The notes below the pieces were generated by a model. It made no database searches, was not told the origin of the DNA, and saw nothing but the letters and a program-made list of their open reading frames with translations. Made by a program: the position numbers and the translations under genes. From contig WYER01000008.1 of NCBI GenBank assembly GCA_009903795.1, positions 5,684-69,683 on the forward strand: a DNA stretch of 64,000 nucleotides, in the 5' to 3' direction. This document shows positions 48,243 to 58,312 of the stretch, piece after piece. This DNA is from Nitrososphaerota archaeon (lineage in GTDB: Archaea > Thermoproteota > Nitrososphaeria > Conexivisphaerales > UBA164). Each line of letters begins with the position of its first letter. Position 1 is the first letter of the stretch.

Positions 48243-49630
48243 GCGGAAGTATAACTTTTAGCAGCGTTCAGAGCATAAGAGGTTCGCTCATGGTTATAAA
48301 GACCAACGGAAAACTAGGTTATGAGGAACTTGTTGAAATAGAGCTCAGCAATGGCGAAAAAAGGCTGGGAAGGTCCTTACAAGTAAGCGAAGATATAGCT
48401 GTAGTTGAAGTTTTTGAAGGTACTCAAGGGCTTTCCCCTCGCGACGTAAAGGTAAGGTTTCTCGGAAGGCCTCTTGAGCTTCCAGTTTCGAACGAGCTCT
48501 TGGGTAGGATATTTGACGGTCTCGGAAGGCCAATAGATAACATGCCGGAACCTGTCGGCTCCGAAGAGCTTGACATAAATGGGAAGATCCTAAACCCATA
48601 CAAAAGAGAATACCCTGACGAATTTATCCAGACAGGAGTTTCTGTCATAGATGGCATGCTTAGCATGGTAAGAGGGCAAAAGCTACCAATATTTTCAGGC
48701 TCAGGCTTACCACACGATATGCTTGCTGCACAAATAGCTAGACAGGCTACGATAGCAAAGGGTGAAGAGTTTGCGGTGGTATTTGCGGCAATAGGTGTTC
48801 CTGCAGATACTGCAATTTTCTTCAGAAGAGAGCTGGAAGAATCTGGAGCTTTAAAGAGAAGCGTTCTCTTTTTGAACCTGGCTGAAGATCCTGCAGTTGA
48901 AAGGATCGTAACGCCGAGGGTTGCACTGACTGCAGCTGAATACCTTGCTTTTGAAGAAGGATATCACGTTTTAGCTATACTTACTGATATGACTAACTAT
49001 GGGGAAGCTTTGAGGGAAATTAGCATGATGAGAGAAGAAGTTCCAAGCAGGAGAGGTTATCCCGGATATCTTTATACTGACTTAGCAACTATCTTTGAAA
49101 GGTCTGGAAGGATAACAGGAAGAAAGGGAAGCCTAACCCAGTTGCCAATACTCTCGATGCCAGCAGATGATATAACGCACCCTATACCTGATTTAACAGC
49201 GTACATAACAGAGGGGCAAATAGTTCTTGGAAAAGAGCTCTATCATAAAGGCATTTACCCGCCTGTCAACGTCCTTATGAGCCTTAGCAGGCTCATGAAA
49301 GATGGCGTTGGGGAAGGAAAGACGAGGGCTGATCATAAAGAGCTGAGCGACCAGCTTTACAACTCGTACTCAAAGGCTATGGAAATCAGGTCCTTAGCAG
49401 AAATAGTTGGGGAAGAAGGTATTCCAGAATCGTCAAAGAAATATCTTCAGTTCGCTGATGCTTTTGAGAAGAAGTTCATAAAACAGGATCCGTACGAAAA
49501 CAGGGATATCGATACAACACTTAACATAGCTTGGGACGTTTTATCCATACTCCCTGAGAGCGAGTGGACCAACATAAGTGAAAAGAGCAAGAAGGTGTAC
49601 ATGAGTGTCGTTCAGAAACGTAATCTCTAA
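48239..49630 (+). CDS. atpB: A1A0/V-type ATPase subunit B
   Basis: Typical B-subunit sequence ([23 protein letters not shown]). Confidence 0.95.
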   Translation: MSGSITFSSVQSIRGSLMVIKTNGKLGYEELVEIELSNGEKRLGRSLQVSEDIAVVEVFEGTQGLSPRDVKVRFLGRPLELPVSNELLGRIFDGLGRPIDNMPEPVGSEELDINGKILNPYKREYPDEFIQTGVSVIDGMLSMVRGQKLPIFSGSGLPHDMLAAQIARQATIAKGEEFAVVFAAIGVPADTAIFFRRELEESGALKRSVLFLNLAEDPAVERIVTPRVALTAAEYLAFEEGYHVLAILTDMTNYGEALREISMMREEVPSRRGYPGYLYTDLATIFERSGRITGRKGSLTQLPILSMPADDITHPIPDLTAYITEGQIVLGKELYHKGIYPPVNVLMSLSRLMKDGVGEGKTRADHKELSDQLYNSYSKAMEIRSLAEIVGEEGIPESSKKYLQFADAFEKKFIKQDPYENRDIDTTLNIAWDVLSILPESEWTNISEKSKKVYMSVVQKRNL

Positions 49631-50222
49631 ATCTGAACTGTTAAGGCAAAAGAGAGAGCTTGAAGCTACAAAAGATGTAGATAAAATTCTATCAACAAAA
49701 AAAGATGTGATATTACAGAAAGTTTCAGAGGTAGGTCCTCAGGTTTCATCCGTTTTCGGAAAATTTCTGGAGGAACTTAAAACAGCTTACGATGATTATG
49801 CTGTAATGGTTGCAAGCATGAGTTATGACGAAATACTGGCTCTTTCCAAAATCCTTGAGGGTGGCCTGGAATTAGACCTAAAAAAAGAAAGATATATGGA
49901 CGTTCATTATTGGAAACCTGTTATAGTCTCTAAAAAGTTTATAACGCCAACGACGCTTGCGCAAAGCAACTTTTTTCAGGACGCAGAAAAAATTATAAAT
50001 ATGATCATAGAAGCCGCATGGCTGAAATCATTTATACTAAAGCTGATTAAAGATCTAAGAGACACTGATAAGCTCATAAACGCTCTTGAAAAAGTAGTAA
50101 TACCTGAAACTGAGAAAAAAATAGCCTCTATTTCTATTACTCTAGAAGAAAGGGACAGAGAAGAGCTTAATAGAATAAAAAAGGTAAGAAATAAAATGGT
50201 GACAGGCGTTGGAAGCGTTTGA
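49605..50222 (+). CDS. atpD: A1A0/V-type ATPase subunit D
   Basis: GTG start. N-terminal [16 protein letters not shown] and a coiled-coil profile. Confidence 0.8.
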   Translation: MSFRNVISKSELLRQKRELEATKDVDKILSTKKDVILQKVSEVGPQVSSVFGKFLEELKTAYDDYAVMVASMSYDEILALSKILEGGLELDLKKERYMDVHYWKPVIVSKKFITPTTLAQSNFFQDAEKIINMIIEAAWLKSFILKLIKDLRDTDKLINALEKVVIPETEKKIASISITLEERDREELNRIKKVRNKMVTGVGSV

Positions 50223-50340
50223 AGAAGCTAAGGAACAGATTAAAAAGAAACACGAAGAATACAGCAGGACATTAGAAAAAGAGTATGAAAACTTAAAAGA
50301 TGAATTAATAAAAAAACTTAAAACCGCTAGTGAGAAATAA
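50209..50340 (+). CDS. possible small coiled-coil ATPase stalk subunit (H/G-like), 43 aa
   Basis: Below the track cutoff. TTG start: [43 protein letters not shown]. Exactly fills the gap between atpD and atpK. Confidence 0.35.
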   Translation: MEAFEEAKEQIKKKHEEYSRTLEKEYENLKDELIKKLKTASEK

Positions 50341-50343
50341 TTA

Positions 50344-50616
50344 ATGACAGGAGAATTGATGCTTCCGTTTATATTGTTAATATACCAATCGCTCAACGCG
50401 CTCGGAAATACAGTTGGCGCAGGTATAGCTTTCGGCTTAGCAGCTCTTGGAGCGGGTATAGCGATAGGGGGTGCTGGCGCAGCAGCTGCAGCAGCTGTTG
50501 CTGAACATCCTGAAAGGCCAGAGGTAAGAACTTTCTCGCTTATTATAGTTGCTCTTGGAGAAGCAGTGGCTATTTACGGAATAGTTATAGCTATACTGAT
50601 TCTAAGTCACACCTAA
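50344..50616 (+). CDS. atpK: A1A0/V-type ATPase proteolipid subunit K (c)
   Basis: Two-TM hairpin, Gly/Ala-rich helix 1, ion-binding Glu in LGEAVAIYG. Confidence 0.85.
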   Translation: MTGELMLPFILLIYQSLNALGNTVGAGIAFGLAALGAGIAIGGAGAAAAAAVAEHPERPEVRTFSLIIVALGEAVAIYGIVIAILILSHT

Positions 50617-51663
50617 AATCTTTAAAAGATCCTCTTTTATTTTGTTATAAATATTTTCATGTACGCTATCGTACCATTCTTCATCTTTACTTATCTCTCT
50701 GAGTTTTTCTAAAACATTTAGGCTCCTTTGAGCATGAACTTTTGGGTCTACGTCTTTCCACTCTCTCCCGTCAAAAAGCCTGACTTGCCTTTCTGACCAG
50801 TCTCCTGGCTGATCCATGCCAGGGTAATAGCACTCAAGCATATTATTTAAAACTTCTTCGGGTACTGAAGCTGCAAGTTTGCTCTTTGTGCCGTCTTTTT
50901 CGTAACGAGATTCATCTAGCCCATACAAAGGCATGTCGTACCCGTTTTCGGCCAGCGGCGTTATGTTTTCTATTGCATAATAAACTCCTTCTACGCCCCT
51001 TCCTTTGAGGTATTCTTCAAGAACTTTTATTGCTTTATCTGAAATGAACCCGTAAAAAATAACTTTTTTTATTTTACATCCGCTAGATGAACACTTTCTA
51101 AAAAGGTTGTCAAGAACAAAAAGAGATGTATTACCAGTAGCTTCTGTATCTGGCTTTAAAACTACATATTCCCCAGAAGGTAACGTTGGCGGATCATCGT
51201 ACGTCATAGTAAGTTCACGCTGTAGATGTTTCCTGAATGATACATATTTGTAGAGCGGTCTTGACCATGAGTTTATAAAGCCGATGCCCTTTTCCTTAAG
51301 TACATCATAAACCTTATATCCAAGCGACGCCCTGAGTACGTGTTGCATCATTATCCTTTCAGAAAAAACACCTTCTCTGTCCAAAAATTCTATAAATCTT
51401 TTTGCAAGTTTATAGTTTAAACGTTCAAATTCCTCGCCAAGAATTTGAGGATAACATGCTATTTCCCTACCTTCCTGTGAATCTATAACGAATAAATTTT
51501 TTGAACGTGAATAAACTTTAAACCCAGAGGAGCTAAAATATTCTGAAAAAGATGTTGAAAAATCAAATGACCTAATAACTTTATCCCTTAATCCATAAGA
51601 TGCCATCGCATAGAATTTCCATTGCTTTTTAATAAAATTTTTCTGTAAAAAGCTTAATTGCAA
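50602..51663 (-). CDS. hypothetical protein with uracil-PRTase-like motifs
   Basis: VLRASLGY (compare UPRT ILRAGLGM) and VVLKPDTEATGNTS (compare DPMLATGGS). Extended termini. The likely start is ATG 51606 (MASYGL). Confidence 0.35.
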   Translation of the reverse strand: MQLSFLQKNFIKKQWKFYAMASYGLRDKVIRSFDFSTSFSEYFSSSGFKVYSRSKNLFVIDSQEGREIACYPQILGEEFERLNYKLAKRFIEFLDREGVFSERIMMQHVLRASLGYKVYDVLKEKGIGFINSWSRPLYKYVSFRKHLQRELTMTYDDPPTLPSGEYVVLKPDTEATGNTSLFVLDNLFRKCSSSGCKIKKVIFYGFISDKAIKVLEEYLKGRGVEGVYYAIENITPLAENGYDMPLYGLDESRYEKDGTKSKLAASVPEEVLNNMLECYYPGMDQPGDWSERQVRLFDGREWKDVDPKVHAQRSLNVLEKLREISKDEEWYDSVHENIYNKIKEDLLKILGVT

Positions 51664-51690
51664 AGAGTGCGGTTAGCGCAATTCGCTTAT

Positions 51691-51732
51691 GGTTTATATT
51701 TACCTAGGGGAAAGTAGGTACGCATCAGCATT
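51691..51732 (+). repeat. repeat family D, copy 2
   Basis: GGTTTATATTTACCTAGGGGAAAGTAGGTACGCATCAGCATT compared with 2584-2625. Confidence 0.6.
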
Positions 51733-52022
51733 AGTACTCCTGCGAGTAAAGCATATAAATTGTAATTAACGATGTAATTTTTGTTTTTGATTAACTTTTG
51801 GCTAATACTAGATAGCTTTGTTTTGGGTCAAATTTTAGCCCTTAGTTTGAACTATGGGCCTTATATCAGCTCGTTCAAATAATCAATTAAGAGGCCTAAT
51901 TTGTTTTTATCATTTCTTTAACTAATATAATAAATTTCCTTAGGATAGTAAAGCATTATATTTGCGGGAGCACTGATGATATACAAAAATTATATATATT
52001 TTATGATATAGAAACTTCTTTA

Positions 52023-52484
52023 ATGACAAAGTGTCCAAAGTGCGGTTATGAAAACCCTCCAGAAGCAAAATACTGCCTGAACTGCGGTTACAAGCTGATT
52101 CAGGAGGAGAGGGAAAGGTTTGAAGGCTCAGGACTACTTTTGATTACATCAGGAACAATACTCATCGTAACTTTTCTTTTCAATGCTCTCCTCAGGGTTT
52201 TCTCATTACTGGCTATAATATATGTTATTTTCGGAATAACGTCAATATACTCGGGTTACAGGCTTTATAGAGGGCCAAGCTCTCTGGCTGACTTGATCTT
52301 AGCGTCAGTCTCAATAATTTTTGGTTTTTCAGGCACGCTCTTCCTTTACATTATAGGGCTAGCTTTTAAGGGCCTTGTAACACCTGATTGGATAATATAC
52401 TTGATTGCAACAATAAAGCTTTTAACAGACAGAAAGAAGCTGAAAAACGCATTAAAAATGGGTAATGTGTCCCATAATAGGTGA
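52023..52484 (+). CDS. zinc-ribbon membrane protein
   Basis: CPKCGYENPPEAKYCLNCGY followed by about 4 TM helices. Confidence 0.6.
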   Translation: MTKCPKCGYENPPEAKYCLNCGYKLIQEERERFEGSGLLLITSGTILIVTFLFNALLRVFSLLAIIYVIFGITSIYSGYRLYRGPSSLADLILASVSIIFGFSGTLFLYIIGLAFKGLVTPDWIIYLIATIKLLTDRKKLKNALKMGNVSHNR

Positions 52485-52559
52485 ACTACCCACCCTCACG
52501 ATAGGAGACTTTCGCCCCCTTAACTCCCATAATAGTTAAATTTTGACTTATCAACCATT

Positions 52560-54080
52560 TTGTATTTGAGCAGAATAAGGACAAGGATTCTTGCCATATT
52601 CAGTAGCTTGCTTTCAATAGCTGCTAGCTTTGTTTTTGCAATAGCAGTGACCAGGAAGCTCCCGCTCGAGTACCTTGGCATACTGAACGTGTATTCCGCT
52701 TCGATAATTTTTGGATCTCTCCCTGTTGGAATTGTCAGCTTTATGTCGCCAAGGCTATCAGCAAAGTACAGGTCGATCCAGGTTTCTCTTCTCTGGATTT
52801 CTTTTATCTTTGGGGTTATCGGCGTTCTGATATCTGCGGTTTTCATCTTTCTGATCGGGTTCAGGATACCTTCCGAGTTCTTTGATATCCTTCTCATCCT
52901 GACGGTTTTGAGCATAATAACCGGCTCTTTCAGCTCAACGTTTACCGGAGGGCTGACCGTTTTCAACAGGAAAAGGCTGGTTTACACAACACTTGTAACT
53001 TCCAGTGTGAAGCTTGCTTCAGTGTTTTACATCATGCGCTCAGGTTGGTCGCTTCAATCAGTCATGATAGCTTCTTTTGTCATAAACTTTTCTGGGATGC
53101 TCTATGCCCTTTTTAGCTCTCTTAACTATGTGAAAGCTGAAGGAAGCTTCAAGAAGACGGCAAAGGAGTTCATATCAGGGTCCTGGGTTTCACTTCTTGG
53201 GTATGCTTCGAGCAACATAAAGTCGATTGACAGCTTTGTCATAGCGAGCATCGGCGGTATATTTGACAACTCTCTGTGGCAGGTTTTGGGAGTTGCAGGC
53301 TCGGCTTATTCTTTTAGGGGCATGCTTTACAGCATAACGTACGGCGAGCTCCTAGAGCAAAAGGAAAGGCTGAAGAGAATATACATGGACTTTCTTTTTG
53401 TGCTTTTTACAGTTACAGCTGTAACCCTATTTATAATATTCTTTGAGCCCGAAATAATAGCCTTTTTGAGACCGACAGATCTTTACCTCATAGGCCTGCT
53501 TTATGCCCCGATCGTGCTCTGGGCTTTGACCAGTATAGTGAACACCATCTCACAGTACGTATCAAACGTTATGCAGGGCGTCGAAAGGGTCGATTTTGAA
53601 AAGGAAATAGAGCTTAAAACTTACTGGAAGAGCCTTATCTTTTACGCGCATATTGCTGAATTGGTTAGCACGATAAGCTACGTTACGCTCATAGTCCCGA
53701 TGATATTCCTGCTGAAGGCGTTTTCTTTAAGCCTTTACGTAATTGAAGGCGTGCTCGTCGCAAATTTGATAGCAATACTCCTCGCTTTAGCAATAAGGGT
53801 TAAAACTTTCCCAGAGATCAAGAACTACATAAAGCTTAAGGATTTCTTTGCAGATTACATAGTCCCCCTGGCTGCATCTTCGTTCGTCCTGTTCGTTTTC
53901 AGGAAACCTCTGGAGCTGGCATTTCCTCCGACCGTTTCGGCTTACCTCGGACTTTTCAGGCTTGTTGTTCTCTTCATATTTGTTGTCCTGGTTTATTCAG
54001 GAGTTAGCGTAGCTCTTTCCAGAAGGATGAGGGAGATCATAACCTTAGTTATAAAGAGGACGTTAAGCTTTTTGAAGTAG
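52560..54080 (+). CDS. polysaccharide/oligosaccharide flippase-like (MOP superfamily) membrane protein
   Basis: 506 aa, about 12-14 TM segments, N-terminal ...AVTRKLPLEYLGILNV pattern. TTG start. Confidence 0.5.
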   Translation: MYLSRIRTRILAIFSSLLSIAASFVFAIAVTRKLPLEYLGILNVYSASIIFGSLPVGIVSFMSPRLSAKYRSIQVSLLWISFIFGVIGVLISAVFIFLIGFRIPSEFFDILLILTVLSIITGSFSSTFTGGLTVFNRKRLVYTTLVTSSVKLASVFYIMRSGWSLQSVMIASFVINFSGMLYALFSSLNYVKAEGSFKKTAKEFISGSWVSLLGYASSNIKSIDSFVIASIGGIFDNSLWQVLGVAGSAYSFRGMLYSITYGELLEQKERLKRIYMDFLFVLFTVTAVTLFIIFFEPEIIAFLRPTDLYLIGLLYAPIVLWALTSIVNTISQYVSNVMQGVERVDFEKEIELKTYWKSLIFYAHIAELVSTISYVTLIVPMIFLLKAFSLSLYVIEGVLVANLIAILLALAIRVKTFPEIKNYIKLKDFFADYIVPLAASSFVLFVFRKPLELAFPPTVSAYLGLFRLVVLFIFVVLVYSGVSVALSRRMREIITLVIKRTLSFLK

Positions 54081-54081
54081 C

Positions 54082-54558
54082 TCAGAAGAGCAGCTCTTCT
54101 CTGTCCAGCATCTCAAACTCACCAAGCTCCCAAGGAAAGACGATCCACTCGTCAGTTTCCTCAACGAAATAGTTTGGCCTCACTCTGCTCCATGGCTTCA
54201 AGAATATGCTCGCCAGCATCACACTTTTTGCTCCTTTCTTCATCATGTGTTCGGAGACAAAGAGAAACGTTTCGCCCGTGTCTGCAACATCGTCAACTAT
54301 AAGCACCTTTTTATCAGCTACATCTTCGTACATCACGTCGTAAACCTTGAGCACTCCCTTAACGCCCAGCGCTCTGTAGGACTTTATGTTTATGATGTCC
54401 AAGGGGGCCCTGAGCCTGTCTGCAATGACCATTGCAGGTATAAGACCGCCTCTCGCGATGCCAACAACGACGTCTGGCCTTTCTCCTTTTTTTACTTTAT
54501 CAACAAGAGCTTTAGTTAATAGGCCTAGGTCCCTCCAGCTTATTAGCCTTTTCTCCAT
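54082..54558 (-). CDS. purine phosphoribosyltransferase (Gpt-like PRTase)
   Basis: VVGIARGGLIPA and VLIVDDVADTGETF. Confidence 0.8.
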   Translation of the reverse strand: MEKRLISWRDLGLLTKALVDKVKKGERPDVVVGIARGGLIPAMVIADRLRAPLDIINIKSYRALGVKGVLKVYDVMYEDVADKKVLIVDDVADTGETFLFVSEHMMKKGAKSVMLASIFLKPWSRVRPNYFVEETDEWIVFPWELGEFEMLDREELLF

Positions 54559-54595
54559 TGTAATAATATTATTAACTTAAAAATAAATATGTCGC

Positions 54596-54883
54596 TCAAA
54601 CTAAAGCCTTTACAGCCCAGAAAACAAACTCAATAATGGCAATCAAAAGAACAGCGTAAACTATGTATTCAAACCCCTTTCCGTTCTTTTGCTTTTCGCT
54701 ATACTCGACGTGTATTGCAGAGTAATGAGGCACGTATCTCTTTTCCCTTAAGCTGGGACAGTTGTGAGCTTCAGGAAGCCTGTGCTCTTCACAGAATAAT
54801 CCACCGCAGTATGGGCATCTGAAAGGTAAATAGGTTTGCTTTCCGCAGTACTGACAGACGTTAAACGCTTTGTCTTTTTCCAT
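54596..54883 (-). CDS. AN1-type zinc-finger protein with C-terminal TM helix
   Basis: CQYCGKQTYLPFRCPYCGGLFCEEHRLPEAHNC. Confidence 0.75.
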   Translation of the reverse strand: MEKDKAFNVCQYCGKQTYLPFRCPYCGGLFCEEHRLPEAHNCPSLREKRYVPHYSAIHVEYSEKQKNGKGFEYIVYAVLLIAIIEFVFWAVKALV

Positions 54884-54922
54884 CGTTATTATTTTTTAAC
54901 CCTTTTATAAAAGTTTAATGCG

Positions 54923-56101
54923 TTAGATTCTTTCAAATTTATACCCTTCAACATATGCAAATGATTCCAAGAGCTTCAAGTGGTTCCCGATGGTTAAAGC
55001 GTAATGGTTTCCGATTGGCCTTTCAACAATAAGAGAGGGGTTCTCAAGTTCAACCCTTATCTGGGTCCTGCATACGTCTTCTCTGAAAGGCTCACTAAGA
55101 ACTTTCCCTGATCCTGCCCTGAGGACTCTCTTTTTTGTGTCGACCCTCGCAACAGTTACAGTTTCGCCTTCTTTTATCGTACCAGCTATGCCCACGCCCA
55201 TTCCCGATTCAAAGTGCGTCATGTACTTAAAAGCTAAAAGTATCTTCGTGGGAGAAGTGCAATGTGCAATGAAGATGGATTTGCCCTTAACGCTTACAAC
55301 GTTTCCCATAAAGGAAGGCAATCCTGAAGCCTTGCTGAGAAGGAGCATGGTAACTGAAGCAGCTATGTCACCTTCGCACGCTGCAACATACCCTTCATCG
55401 TTGAGCCTTGAAAGGGCCAAACACGCTGTACCTTTTAATGGTTCAAGCAGGTCAAAGCACCTTATTGAAAAGAACTTGCTCCCCCTCTTTTCAAGCATCT
55501 TCCTTATTGCTTTCTCGATCTTTAGCGAAGTTCTAAAATCTTCAAAAGAGGGACCAAAGCTTTCAGCCCTTGAACGGACTTCTTCATCGTTTACATCAAG
55601 AGACCTTGCCAGCTCTACTAGCTCTTCTATATCTTGCTTTTCAACGCCTTCTATCAGTCCTTCTGGTTTTTGGCTGTAACCGCTGTATACTAACCAGGGA
55701 CTCGGGTCTCCAAAGAGGACAAGCCTTTCAGACCTGATTTCTTCAGTTATCTTAACAGCTTTTGCGTAGCTGTTTATTCCATCCTGATCTTTAATGTGAA
55801 ATGCTTTGAAGCCAAAAGCTGAAGAAGCTTCTAGAACTGCCGGCATGCTGTTGAGCGAATCGTGGTAAACGGCTGAAAAGGACCTGGCTGAGCTTTTCAG
55901 AGCCCCCATGATGTGCTCTGTTCCCCCGGTTATGATCAGGCCGAGCACGTCAAGCCCTTTTGATTCTATTTCGGCATCCCTTTTGTCCTTGACTACTTTC
56001 CCCACACTTATCTCATGGTAAAGCGTTTTGAAGCCTTCAACAACCAAATTTATGTCTTCGTTCCTCGCTAATGGAGAAGCAACTGGGATTACTTTGAGCA
56101 C
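54923..56101 (-). CDS. L-fucose/L-arabinose isomerase-like protein
   Basis: Weak family traces (...GYVAACEGDIAASVTMLLL...). Confidence 0.35.
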   Translation of the reverse strand: MLKVIPVASPLARNEDINLVVEGFKTLYHEISVGKVVKDKRDAEIESKGLDVLGLIITGGTEHIMGALKSSARSFSAVYHDSLNSMPAVLEASSAFGFKAFHIKDQDGINSYAKAVKITEEIRSERLVLFGDPSPWLVYSGYSQKPEGLIEGVEKQDIEELVELARSLDVNDEEVRSRAESFGPSFEDFRTSLKIEKAIRKMLEKRGSKFFSIRCFDLLEPLKGTACLALSRLNDEGYVAACEGDIAASVTMLLLSKASGLPSFMGNVVSVKGKSIFIAHCTSPTKILLAFKYMTHFESGMGVGIAGTIKEGETVTVARVDTKKRVLRAGSGKVLSEPFREDVCRTQIRVELENPSLIVERPIGNHYALTIGNHLKLLESFAYVEGYKFERI

Positions 56102-56126
56102 CTTTAAAATAAAGGCTTCAGCTTAT

Positions 56127-57380
56127 TTATCCTTTTGTTTTTTTCTCAACTATCATAGAAAGGCCCTTGTAACCAATTACAGTAACTTCTTCCCCTTTCT
56201 TCACCTTTTCCCCTTTTGTGCAGGCTTTCCATATGAACCCCTCGACCTTAATTTCCCCGCACGGATTGAGCTCCTTCACGACAACGCCGGTCTTGCCGAT
56301 CAGAGATTCCTTTCCGGTGAAAGGATACTTCCTCTTGTACTTCCACAGGCTCCTGATGTATATAGCTGCAAAAACGGCAAAGGCCACTAAAGCTACAGCA
56401 ATAATGTAATACTCAAGGTAAGAAGGCTGGGGGGAAACCTGAATCCCTTCGCCAAGAAGGTAGATCCCGGCCAGACCGACCAGAACCGAAGCGATCAGAG
56501 AGATGCCGTGTCCGGTCTTGATCTCCATAACAAGCAGCACGGCTGAAACAGCGAGAAGGATTAAGCCCAGCACAGAAGCGCCGATTAGCTCGGCCCCAAC
56601 GAGTCCCATAAGCAGAGCTATCCCTCCGAGAACGCTCATCAGAAAGGTTGGGTGCAGAACGTCTAAAGCTATAAGTACCATCCCCAGAAGGATCAGAAGC
56701 CCGTCTACTGTTGGGTTGCTTATCACGCTAAGGAACTGATCGTAATAGCTTTCCGAAAAGTAAACCTGAGGGAACCCGCTTATACCAAGCATATTTTCAG
56801 CCTGAGTCAGATTTGATGCCAGCCCGTTTATTAGGCCTACGTTGTAAGCCTGCTGAGCCGAATAAGCTTTGTCATAAAGCACCATTACAGATGCCGCTGT
56901 TACGTTCCTGCCCCATTCCTGCGCTTCGCTCTGCATCAGAGAAAGCATGGCGCTTTCAGTATGATTCTGCTCGAGCTGCGTTCCTCCAACTACTATTGGC
57001 GTTGAAGGCCCTATCTCAGAGCCTGGGCCCATGATTATCATGTTCGTAGCCATCGCTATGTACGAAGCAGCAGAAGCTGCTAGCCCATCAGGAATCACGT
57101 ATGTGTAAACAGGAATTCCTGACTGGTTAGCTTCCCTAATGTAAGAAATTATGTTAAGCATGTCTGAAATGTAACCTCCTGGTGAGTTCATGATTATGAG
57201 TATAGTTTTTGCTCTGTTTTGGATCGCATAGTTTACTGCTGACCTAAAAAGGCTCGAAGCTCCAAGGTCAACAGTGTAGTGAAAATTTATTACAACCACT
57301 ACATGGCCCTGTTGGGAATGCGCTGGCATAGCTGAAAGCAATAAAACCAAAAAAATTAAAGCCAGAGTAGGCTTTATCAT
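56127..57380 (-). CDS. NfeD-like membrane-bound ClpP-class serine protease (stomatin operon partner)
   Basis: Signal/TM, ClpP-like N-domain (IMNSPGGY), TM block and OB-fold C-terminus. Overlaps the stomatin gene by 4 nt. Confidence 0.8.
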   Translation of the reverse strand: MIKPTLALIFLVLLLSAMPAHSQQGHVVVVINFHYTVDLGASSLFRSAVNYAIQNRAKTILIIMNSPGGYISDMLNIISYIREANQSGIPVYTYVIPDGLAASAASYIAMATNMIIMGPGSEIGPSTPIVVGGTQLEQNHTESAMLSLMQSEAQEWGRNVTAASVMVLYDKAYSAQQAYNVGLINGLASNLTQAENMLGISGFPQVYFSESYYDQFLSVISNPTVDGLLILLGMVLIALDVLHPTFLMSVLGGIALLMGLVGAELIGASVLGLILLAVSAVLLVMEIKTGHGISLIASVLVGLAGIYLLGEGIQVSPQPSYLEYYIIAVALVAFAVFAAIYIRSLWKYKRKYPFTGKESLIGKTGVVVKELNPCGEIKVEGFIWKACTKGEKVKKGEEVTVIGYKGLSMIVEKKTKG

Positions 57381-58189
57381 TTTTCTTCGTTTTTCTTCTT
57401 TTCAGTTCCTGTTAGCTCGTTTATTCCGAAAAGACCCAGTGTTGTAACGCCTGCAGAAGGTATGTTAGCCGGGATTATTATGAGAGGGCCTTTGCCCTGC
57501 AGACCTAGCTCATAAAGCATGTTCATCCACCTTAGCTGGAATGCCTTGTCGTTATCCTTGTAAAGGTTTGCGGCCTCGACCATCTTTTCAGCTGCTTGGA
57601 CCTCTGCTAAAGCGAGGGTAACCCTTGCCCTCCTCTCCCTTTCAGCCTGTGCCTGCCTCGACATCGCTTCTTGAAGCGCTTGAGGTATCTTTATGTCCCT
57701 TATTTCAACGGATGTTACCTTTACTCCCCAGGCTTCGGTCTTCTCGTCTATTATATTCCTAGCGATCTCTCCAACCTTTTCCCTTTCGGTTAGAAGCTCG
57801 TCGAACATCGTCTGACCGATTACTTCTCTTAGAGTTGTCTGGGCGGCGTACTTTGTTGCCTCTATGTAGTTTTCAGCCTTCAGCACGCACTTTTCAGGGT
57901 CAACAGCCATAAAGTACATGACAGCGTCAACGTCAACAGGGACGTTGTCCTTTGTTAAAGTTTGTTCTATCACAAAAGAGTATGTCTGGAGCCTTGTGCT
58001 AACCCTGAGAGGTATCCTGCTTATAAAAGGGGTTACGTAAATTATACCTGGTCCTTTCATGCCGGTGTACCTACCTAAAGTAAGCACTGGAGCCCTTTCC
58101 CATTCGTTTAGTATCTTGATGCCGCTAAGAACTATGATCAGGACTATCAGAACTATAAAAGCCGTTAAAATCTCAGCTATAAAGCTCAT
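57377..58189 (-). CDS. stomatin/prohibitin (SPFH) family protein
   Basis: N-terminal TM, then the SPFH core (...ERAPVLTLGRY..., TLREVIGQ, VEIRDIKIP). Confidence 0.9.
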   Translation of the reverse strand: MSFIAEILTAFIVLIVLIIVLSGIKILNEWERAPVLTLGRYTGMKGPGIIYVTPFISRIPLRVSTRLQTYSFVIEQTLTKDNVPVDVDAVMYFMAVDPEKCVLKAENYIEATKYAAQTTLREVIGQTMFDELLTEREKVGEIARNIIDEKTEAWGVKVTSVEIRDIKIPQALQEAMSRQAQAERERRARVTLALAEVQAAEKMVEAANLYKDNDKAFQLRWMNMLYELGLQGKGPLIIIPANIPSAGVTTLGLFGINELTGTEKKKNEEK

Positions 58190-58243
58190 CTTAAAGGTTA
58201 AATGAAAAATCTCAGCTATAAACGTTCTTAAAAAAATTATAGT

Positions 58244-58312
58244 AAACTACCCTGACCTTAAACCTAAGCTTCCCAGCATCAATGCGCTTACGTGAGGAAT
58301 AACTTGCATTTC
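58244..58312 (+). repeat. repeat family A, copy 3 (5' third only)
   Basis: AAACTACCCTGACCTTAAACCTAAGCTTCCCAGCATCAATGCGCTTACGTGAGGAAT aligns with 22372-22440. Confidence 0.55.

Noticed and set aside
55137-55679. 180-aa + strand ORF
   Set aside because: It is antisense to the 392-aa isomerase-like gene in a GC-richer region, and its translation is Ser/Pro/Leu-rich. The same reasoning applies to 52520-52966, 18787-19245, 56028-56390, 34584-34967, 41729-42058 and the other shorter antisense ORFs in the track.
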